Below the pieces are notes generated by a model. The model was not told the origin of the DNA. It did no database searches and saw only the letters and a list, made by a program, of their open reading frames with translations. Positions 55,423 through 64,000 of a stretch of DNA of 64,000 bases are shown here, piece by piece; positions within the stretch are counted from its first letter, which is position 1; every line of letters begins with the position of its first letter. Source of the DNA: Octopus vulgaris (Eukaryota); contig OX597834.1 in the NCBI GenBank assembly GCA_951406725.2, positions 30,318,001 to 30,382,000 on the forward strand, given 5' to 3'. The position numbers were made by a program, and so were the translations under genes.

Positions 55423-55467
55423 CACACATAAATACATACATACACACACACACACATATATACATAC
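55250..55467. repeat. Compound TA/CA/TACA microsatellite
   Basis: Visible tract. Confidence 0.95.
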
Positions 55468-55509
55468 AAGTTTCAGGTGTTATAGTCAAGCTATATATAG
55501 ATGTCTCTC

Positions 55510-56009
55510 CACAGGAGAACTAAACTTAGAAAAACTTACTAAGACAATAAAATGTAAAAATAAAACGTAAAGTTACTAAATATAGCCCATCTCTGCAAGC
55601 ATTTAGGATTTCCAAATATTTCTGGATCATTATTTGAGATGAAAGATATGTGCAAGTTTGTTTCCAGACAGGAAGTGAATTATCTAGGTCTGTTGCTAAC
55701 GTAACTGATACTACAATTAAAAAGCGATGATGACAGGTGGATAGCATGGCACTTGTACCACAGCCTTTCTGGAGAGTCTATATAACTGCAGAGGGCATTT
55801 AAAATAGATAACAGTGTGCGTTGCATATGGGCGTGTGGGTTTGGTGATGCAAACAGGAAAATAGAACTCAAAAACATGAATATATATTATTAATCAGCAG
55901 ATGTTACCGAGTGACTCAAAGGCCAAGAATCTTGTGCATCGGCACTTAGTAACTGGAATTTATCAAGTGCCAATGCACAAAACTCTTGGCCTTTGAGTCA
56001 CTCTGTAAC
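55510..56009 (+). mobile_element. Decayed retroelement fragment (possibly Penelope linker region) ending in a fold-back
   Basis: Frame VTKYSPSL...SKYFWIII*D resembles the Penelope RT-EN linker; inverted repeat 55903-55947 / 55965-56009. Confidence 0.35.
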
Positions 56010-56118
56010 TCAAGCCAATTCTGCTCCCACAGCATCAACCAGGACTCAGTGCTCTGAGAAGTAAAACAATAATAATAATAATAACAATAATATATATCCT
56101 CATCTTCATTTAACATCC

Positions 56119-56149
<31 letters not shown>

Positions 56150-56380
56150 CTTTATTTAAAGCAGCAGAAAATTCAACAAAATCTGTTACTCTGAGTTTCT
56201 CGTTGCCGTTCATCAGACAGTTTTTGCTAGCAAAAACTGTCTGATGAACGGCAACGAGAAACTCAGAGTAACAGATTTTGTTGAATTTTCTGCTGCTTTA
56301 AATAAAGCATATTACTCTACCACTGGTATTTGAGTACTCTTTTTACCACCTTGTTTTACATTTATGTGTTTACTCCGGTA
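56150..56380 (+). mobile_element. pLTR-like element with a perfect 158-bp palindrome and hammerheads on both strands
   Basis: Arms 56150-56228 / 56229-56307. Hammerhead at 56237-56274: ctgt CTGATGA ACG-gcaa-CGA GAA ACT-cag-AGT A acag; mirror at 56220-56183. Confidence 0.88.
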
Positions 56381-56544
56381 TATATATATATATATTGAAC
56401 TCATTTATTTGTTTTGTTTAATTTTTGTTTATCGCTCGCATATGACCGTTATTTGAAAGGACCAATCAAGCAAGTCCATTTTTAAAGGTATAACGGTTAT
56501 ACTAGTCTTGATAGAATTGTCATATCGGTTCAATTTTAACAAAA

Positions 56545-56582
56545 CTGTCTGACGAACGGGAACGTGAAACTGCGAGTAACAG
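56545..56582 (+). ncRNA. Canonical type I hammerhead ribozyme, in element ~56396-56689
   Basis: ctgt CTGACGA ACG-ggaa-CGT GAA ACT-gcg-AGT A acag. All core bases present; stem I extends (aacaaaa/ttttgtt) past a 1-nt bulge; predicted cleavage after A56578. Confidence 0.88.
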
Positions 56583-56719
56583 GTTTTGTTGAATTTCTGC
56601 TGCTTTTAAATAAAGCATATTACTCTACCCCTGGTATTTGAGTACTCTTTTTTTCCACCTTGTTTTACATTTATGTGTTTACTCCGGTATATATATATTT
56701 ATATATATATATATATATA

Positions 56720-57108
56720 TCTTTATATATAAAAGAGAAGTTGTGTGTCTGTCTCCTACGATTTAGATTCCTAACTACTCCCACATTTTGCGGTGCAGTT
56801 TAACCAAAACCGGGTATCTTATAGTCGTGATTCATATCGAGCCCTTCCGGGCGCGTCTACGATGAGTCTACGATTTAAAAAAAAAATTACCATCATTTTT
56901 TTCCATTTTAATGCATTTTTTCGCTATTATATAAGGGAAGTAACTCTCTAAAAATGTATACAATGAGTCGACGATTTTAAAAAAAATTTACCATAATTTT
57001 TTTCCATTTTTAATGCATTTTTTTGCTATTTTTTGGCTATAAGTCTCTAAAAATGCTTATATAGATATTTCCCTTACAAACCCGAGCAACGCCGGGCAAT
57101 ACTGCTAG
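56720..57108 (+). mobile_element. Non-autonomous Helitron
   Basis: A|TCTTTATATATAAAA start; 3' hairpin CCCGAGCAACGCCGGG (57081-57096) then CTAG|T; no TSD; internal direct repeat. Confidence 0.85.
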
Positions 57109-57130
57109 TTTATATATAAGAGAGAGAGAG

Positions 57131-57162
<32 letters not shown>

Positions 57163-59552
57163 TACTATCAACAAACAACATGAACAACACAAATACAAAG
57201 TTTAATATTAAGATACTCAAGAGAAAAAGAGAGAGATAGTCACAGAGATTTAAAGAGAGAGAGGGAGAGAGAAGGAATCCTGGACTGAGAGAGAAAGCAA
57301 TAAATCAGAGACAGAAAAAGTATGACAAATACAAAGAATGAATGAAGTAAGACAGCTGCATCTGAAGACTACTCGACAGGTGACAATACACGGAGTAAGT
57401 AAGAGAGTTTTAAGAAGACTTGTGAAGTAGCAGTGGATTTAGAAAATAAAGGAACTGACAGGCTAAAGCTGAACTGAAGACATAGATGTTTTACAAAAAT
57501 AAAGTTGAAGAATATCATTGATGTTTACAGCTGGAAATAAGTGAGGGTTGGTGACAGGAAAGTCATCCAGCTTTAGAAAACCAAATGTGCCTCAATGAAT
57601 GATGTGTGATCCTCACAAGCATGGAAATGTCAATGTTAAAATTATGATGATGATGATGCTGATGGCAGTGGTAATGATGCTGAAGCTAGTCATTTGTCCT
57701 TCATCATGGTGTTTGCCAAGTTTTAAAATTTGGAAGCTATCTTAATTTTAATTAACACAGCAATTTGTCCCCCTTCCTATTTCTACGACAAAAACTGGTT
57801 TAGTACCAAGACTGCCATAACCAAGTAAAAACTCCAGCTACAACCATCTTATCATTTCAGAAGTATGTCTAGGACCACAGTATCCAGTGTGCCCTTCCTT
57901 TTCCCAAGGAAGTATTGCTTGATTTGAAGGATATTTGGCTGCTGCTTCTAGCACATCCAGTGACCACATAGAGATTCTCTCATTGAAAGTATGTGGTAAT
58001 AGGTTGTAATATATTGGAAGAGATGCGATTAGTGGAAGATTGGTTGTAATTAAGACAACAGTGGTTGAAATTAGTTCCTGGATGATACATTGACCACGGA
58101 CTTGACAAGTATGTAATTAGTGTTGGTCAATGCTGGTTTAACTGATCCAAACTTAGAGCAGAAACATTTACTTTCTTTTTTTATGAAACTGTGTTCTTTT
58201 TATGGATGTTTTTTCTTAATAGTTTACGTCTCACCCGATCAAAAGGTGTCCAATAGGCGCAGGAGTGGCTGTGTGGTAAGTAGCTTGCTAACCAACCACA
58301 TGGTTCAGGGTTCAGTCCCACTGCGTGGCATCTTGGGCAAGTGTCTTCTGCTATAGCCCTGGGCCAACCAATGCCTTGTGAGTGGATTTGGTAGACGGAA
58401 ACTGAAAGAAGCCTGTCGTATATATGTATATACATATATATATGTATGTGTGTGTGTGTTTGTGTGTCTGTGTTTGTCCCCCTAGCATTGCTTGACAGCC
58501 GATGCTGGTGTGTTTACGTCCCCGTCACTTAGCGTCACTGTTGCTGATCATTACCTGCTTCCAAGTAAAGTAATATTTTTCCTTGACCAGACACATTTTC
58601 ATGGAAGACTGGAATGAACAACACTGCTTGTACGACAGTGATGATCACTTACAACTAACTGACTTACTATGCCAAAACGAGGACACAAGGAACACACACA
58701 CACACATGTAATATAATCATCATCGTTTAACGTCCACTTTTCCATGCTTGCATAGGTCAGAGAAAATTTGTTAAGACTGATTTGCTACAGCCAGAGGCCC
58801 TTACCCAATTTTGTGACCACACATGATTGGGACCACTTGTATGCCAGTGATACTCACTTAAAACTACCACAAGATGTCAAGACAAGCAAACACAACACAC
58901 ATGCACACACAACAGGCTTCTTTCAGTTTCCATCTACTAAATCTTCTTACAAGGTTTTTGCTCCACCCAGAGCCATAGGAAAAAAAAAAACACTCGCCCA
59001 AGATGCCACAGACTGGGATGGAACCTGAAACCATATCCTTGCAAAATGAAATTCTTAACCAAACAGTTCAACAACAACAACAACAGTAGCAGCCTATTTT
59101 TTACTACCCACAAGGGGCTAAACACAGAGAGGACAAATAAGGACAGACAAACGGATTAAGTCGATTATATCGACCCCAGTGCATAACTGGTACTTATTTA
59201 ATCGGCCTTGAAAGGATGAAAGGCAAAGTCGACCTCGGCGGAATTTGAACTCAGAACGTAACGGCAGATGTAATACTGCAAAGTATTTCGCCCTAAATGC
59301 TAATGTTTCTGCCAGCAGCAACCACCACCATCTATATAGAGTTTCCCTTCTACCCTTGAGCTTACTTTCCAAGATTCCCCACAGCAAATCCCAGCAGATT
59401 TACCATCTTTTTTCGCATTTGTATAAGGATCAGTTTATCTATTTATATAAAACACAACAAAAAGATCGAAAAAAAAAAAAGAGCAAGCAACAAATATGAA
59501 TTCCTTGGAAGAAGAACATCACTGCTGCTACTGCAGCCAATGACAAGAAGAA

Positions 59553-59945
59553 TGATGATGGTGATGATGATGATGATAACAATGATGAAGGTGGTGGTGG
59601 TGGTGGTGGTGGTGGTAATGATGGTTATGATGATGGTGATGATAACAATGATGAAGGTGGTGGTGGTGGTGGTAATGATGGTGATGATGATGGTGGTGAT
59701 GATGGTCATCAAAATGAGTATGGTTGTGATAATGGTGATGATGATGATGACAGTGATAATGATGACGGTTATGATGGTGGAGGTGGTGGTGGTAGTGATG
59801 ATCATGATGAGGGTTCTGATAATGGTGGTGGTGATGATAATGATTATTATAATGACAATGGTGGTTATGATGCTGATGGTGATGATGATGATGGTGGTTA
59901 TAATGGCTATGATGCAACAATGATGATGATGTTTATGATGATGAT
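59553..59945. repeat. (GAT)/(GGT) trinucleotide tract
   Basis: Visible tract; source of the poly-H/M/V/I ORFs. Confidence 0.95.
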
Positions 59946-60734
59946 AAAATAACATAGCTATATTTTTGACAGGAAGTTCCCTAAAATAACCTTAATGATC
60001 CACAGCCAGGTTTTTTTCTCTTTTCTTCTTTTTTTTTTATTCCCCATAATCATTAATTAAGACTTTTAATTTATTTATCCAAGCCAACTTCCCGCTAGTT
60101 CCATTTATACCATTTTTCACCACAACATGAAAAAATAAAAATAAAAAGGCAAAAAAACACTCTGCAACATAAAAAAAAGGGAAAAAGAAGTACCAAAAAA
60201 AATCACTAACACAGCAAAAAAAAAAAGTTTCATTAGATGAATTTTCTTTTTTCTACCTCTTAGTCAGAGAGGAAGTGTCAACACTAACAACCTTTCTTCA
60301 CAATATATCTATTGGTGCAGGCAGAGCTGCGTGGTCATGAAGTTTGTTTTCAAACCATGTGGTAATGAGTACAGTGTCACTGCATGGCAACTTGAGCAAA
60401 TGTCTTCTACTATAGCCCCTGGCTGACCAAAGCCTTGTGAATGAATATGACAGACATAAACTGGTGTGCACATGAGAGAGAGAGAGAACCCATTTTTGGA
60501 TATCACCTGGCTTTTGCAAATGAGCATCGTTGCCATACGAGCAATGTCGTTCATTGCCATACGAGTCTTCTGTGAAAAACAAGGTCTGATCAAGGGGAAA
60601 TATTCCCTTGACTGGAAACAAGTGATGGTTGGTGACAAGCTGGCCATCTGGCCCTACAGAAAAGTCTGTCTAAGCAAATTCCATCCGGTCCATGCAAGGA
60701 TGGAAAAATGGACATTAAAATGACAACGACAATG

Positions 60735-60790
<56 letters not shown>

Positions 60791-60840
60791 CATACACACA
60801 CACACATCACTACATATCTATATCTATAATATATATATAA

Positions 60841-61215
60841 GCACTCCGTCGGTTACGACGATGAGGGTTCCGGTTGATCCGATCAATGGAACAGCCTGCT
60901 TGTGAAATTAACGTGTAAGTGGCTGAGCACTCCACAGACACGTGTACCCTTAACGTAGTTCTCAGGGATATTCAGCGTGACACAGAGTGACAAGGCCAGC
61001 CCTTTGAAATACAGGTACAACAGAAACAGGAAGTAAGAGTGCGAGAAAGTTGTGATGAAAGAGTACAGCAGGGATCACCACCATCCCTGCCGGAGCCTCG
61101 TGGAGCTTTACGTGTTTTCGCTCAATAAACACTCACAACGCCCGGTCTGGGAATCGAAACCGCGATCTTACGACCGCGAGTCCGCTGCCCTAACCACTGG
61201 GCCATTGCACCTCCA
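60841..61215 (-). mobile_element. tRNA-derived SINE, family D head with a different tail
   Basis: Reverse complement GGAGGTGCAATGGCCCAGTGGTTAGGGCAGCGGACTCGCGGTCG...; body related to fragments at ~7570-7790 and 39990-40260. Confidence 0.8.
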
Positions 61216-61728
61216 CATATCTATATATATGAGTGTGAGTATTTATAAACATTACATTGTATCTATTTACACGTTGCACTTCCAGTACAAGTACTAATGC
61301 CTAACAAGCTTAAATGCTAAGTGGACCTCACAAACACAAGTGGTGTAGATATATACAAGAAGCCATTTTCTTAGTATTTTTTTTAGTCTTTTTGTTTTCC
61401 TTTTCAGCAGTTGGCAAATGTGTGTCTGTCTGTGCATGTTTTTTTAATGAACTAAAAAAATAATACTAATAATTATATAGATTACAAAAACAGAAATTAT
61501 TAGCTTCCTTACAGGATTCCTCTTGCACAGATTAAAAAAGAGATTGCAGATTATTATGCAATACATAATAAGCACAAGCTTAGCTGCATGGTTAAGAAGT
61601 TTAACTTGCAGCTACGTGGTTTCAGGTTCAGTCCCCCTGTCCAGCACCTTGAGCAAGTGTCTTCTACTAAAGCTCCAGGGAAAACAATGACATGAGAGTG
61701 AGTTTCATAGACAGAAACTATGTGGATG

Positions 61729-61783
<55 letters not shown>

Positions 61784-63446
61784 TGAGTGAGTGAGATACA
61801 GAGAGCATAAAATCATAAGGTATGAAAGGTGAATATATATCCAACATGACATACATGGAAGTACCATGGTTAAATAAGTATATCTTCTCTTCTCATACTT
61901 TATGATTTTATATATAATTTTATAATTATATATAATTCTATTGATCAGATGTCCTGGATTTTCAGTTACATGCATGGGACACTCTACATTGCACTTTTTT
62001 GTAATTGGTTATCATGTAGTGGACTGTTAGCCAGGTCCCTAAGAGGAGCTTCCTGTGAGAGCTACACGATTCTCTGAATCTACATCTTACACAACTCATT
62101 AATAGGTGTGTATGGGTGTGTTCCTTGTCTTGATATAGTGTGATAGCTGTAGATGATTACTTCTCTCATAAATCATCAGAGTCTTCCATGTCTAATCATA
62201 CATGGAAAACATGTCTAACCATTAAGAAATATTACTTGGAAACTTGCTTGGAAACAGGTGAAGGCTGCTGACAGGAAGGGCATCCAACCATAGAAAATCT
62301 GCCTCAACAAATTCTGCCCAACCCAAGCAAGCATGGAAAACTGCTTATTAAATGATGATAATGATGATGATCATCATTATCGTTGTTTAACATCTGCTTT
62401 CCATACTGGCATGGATTGGAAAGTTTGACTGAGGGCTGGCAAGCCAGAAGGCTGCACCAGGCTCCAATCTGATTTGGCAAATGTTTCTACAGCTGGTTGC
62501 CCTTCCTAACATCAACCATGAGAGTGCTTTTTACATGTCTCCAGCACATGGGCCAGTCAGACGGTACTGGCACCAGCCACACTTGAATGGTGCTTTTTAC
62601 ATGCCACCAGCATGAAGGCCAGTCAGCCACACTTGAATAGTGCTTTTTATGTGCCACCAGTACAGGACCAGTCAGCCAGCACTGGCATCGACCACACTTG
62701 ACTGGTGCTTTTTACGTGCCACCGGCATGGGAACCAGTCAGCCGGCACTGGCAGCAATCAAGCACAAATGGTGATAATGTAAAAAAAAAAAGTAGGGCAA
62801 AATATCTGTATATACATATAAGTAATGTGTGACAACAATTATTTATATTGTATTTTAATTTTATATTGATTTTCTTTTTCTGTAATTATGTAATTTCAAT
62901 TTTTCTCTTAGTTTTTTTTTTGGGAGGGGGGATCTTCTGGGTTTTGGTTACCTTTATTTCTTACTTGATTCAGTCTTTGGACTGCATTTTAGCCAAGCAA
63001 ATTGACCCCAGTACTTAATTCTTAAGTTTGGCACTTCTTCCTTGGTCCCTTTTCCTAAGTTGCAAAATTATAGGGATGTAGACAAACTCCCACCAGTTGT
63101 CAAGCAGTGAGGGGGGTAAACCCACACCCACACACCTACTATGATCTTGGATATAGTTTCCACTGACCAACCCCCAATCTTAAGGCATTGTTTGGCCTGA
63201 AGCTATAGTAAAATACATTTGTCCAAAGCACTCTGCCATGCAAAGGAACTGACCGCCCCCAAACCGCATGGCTGAGAAGTGATCTTGTTAACCACACAGT
63301 CAAGCCTACACTTAAAATAACAAATAATAATTATGGAATAAACACTGTGTCTGTTTCTGATATTAATCCTGCTTCTATGGCGTAACTAATGAGAACTTTA
63401 TATCAACTGTGTTAGAAATTTACCATGATTCATAAAAGGAAGGACC

Positions 63447-63470
<24 letters not shown>

Positions 63471-63478
<8 letters not shown>

Positions 63479-63541
63479 GAGGAAAACCCAGAGCTACACA
63501 CAAAGAGGAAAACCCAGAGCTACACACAAAGAGGAAAACCC
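63471..63541. repeat. 26-bp minisatellite, ~2.7 copies
   Basis: cacacaaagaggaaaacccagagcta repeated. Confidence 0.85.
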
Positions 63542-63642
63542 ATATACACACATATATCCATATGCAAACACATTTCCTGATGTTTGCTAAATACAGTAGT
63601 AACAAAAAAAAATGAAAAAGAAACACCAAATAAATAACATTA

Positions 63643-63684
<42 letters not shown>

Positions 63685-64000
63685 ATTAATCAGCCGAAAT
63701 TACTACGATGATCCGGTTCTTGACTGAAGACTGAGGGTTTCGAATGTCCTGTCCGTGTTTATTGTGTCGTCTTCTAAGAGTTATACGTTCTTGTCCATGT
63801 TGTATTTTTCTACATACCTTAACATATATTCCAGGCGCCCCGTACCCCCCTTAACATTTATGTGAGCACATATTCTTAATAATTGGTACGACTCTCTGTT
63901 TGTCTCTCTCTCTCTCTCATTTTTACTTGATCTGTCCCCCTCTCTCTCTTTTCTCCCCACTCATCCTCTTTTTCTCTTCTCTTTCCTCTGATTCTTTGGT

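Noticed and set aside
62540-62760. CRISPR-like repeat/spacer pattern (tggtgctttttacatgccacc); also the 17-bp repeats at 44698-44739
   Set aside because: Eukaryotic context, no cas genes, and the spacers resemble each other; these are internal tandem repeats.
63683-63890. Possible hammerhead (CTGAAGA...CGAA on +; GAAAC..GTC on -) in a TA-adjacent insert
   Set aside because: Could not build consistent stems I-III on either strand; may still be a pLTR remnant.
25428-64000. PKN HR1a exon (IRKELKIKEGAENL-like); also the HR1c exon in 1-5236
   Set aside because: Not found by eye or in the ORF track; presumably outside the window.

Overview
AT-rich, repeat-saturated animal genomic DNA. The SINE families and dense TA/CA/GA/CAT microsatellites point to an octopus (inference). 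The window lies inside a minus-strand Protein kinase N (PKN) gene. Two coding exons (25427-25333 and 5405-5237) splice in frame across a 19.9-kb intron to rebuild an HR1 Rho-binding repeat (...LDKQLSIELK|VKQGAENM...). Almost all listed ORFs are microsatellite or SINE artefacts. The introns hold several tRNA-derived SINE families, piggyBac-, hAT- and Tc1/mariner-type MITEs, a non-autonomous Helitron and LINE remnants. The main finding is a set of short (~150-300 bp) non-coding elements, most abutting microsatellites, carrying 11 hammerhead-ribozyme motifs of at least 6 sequence types. They include canonical, extra-A, U3-A8 and extended-stem-II variants, some with Penelope-type inverted ends and one fused to a tRNA head. 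This resembles a Penelope-dependent, retrozyme-like system, and the intact ribozymes lie antisense to the host gene. Also found: a candidate internal promoter and first exon giving an HR1a-less PKN, and a candidate stem-enclosed poison microexon. All folding and splicing calls were made by eye and are untested.
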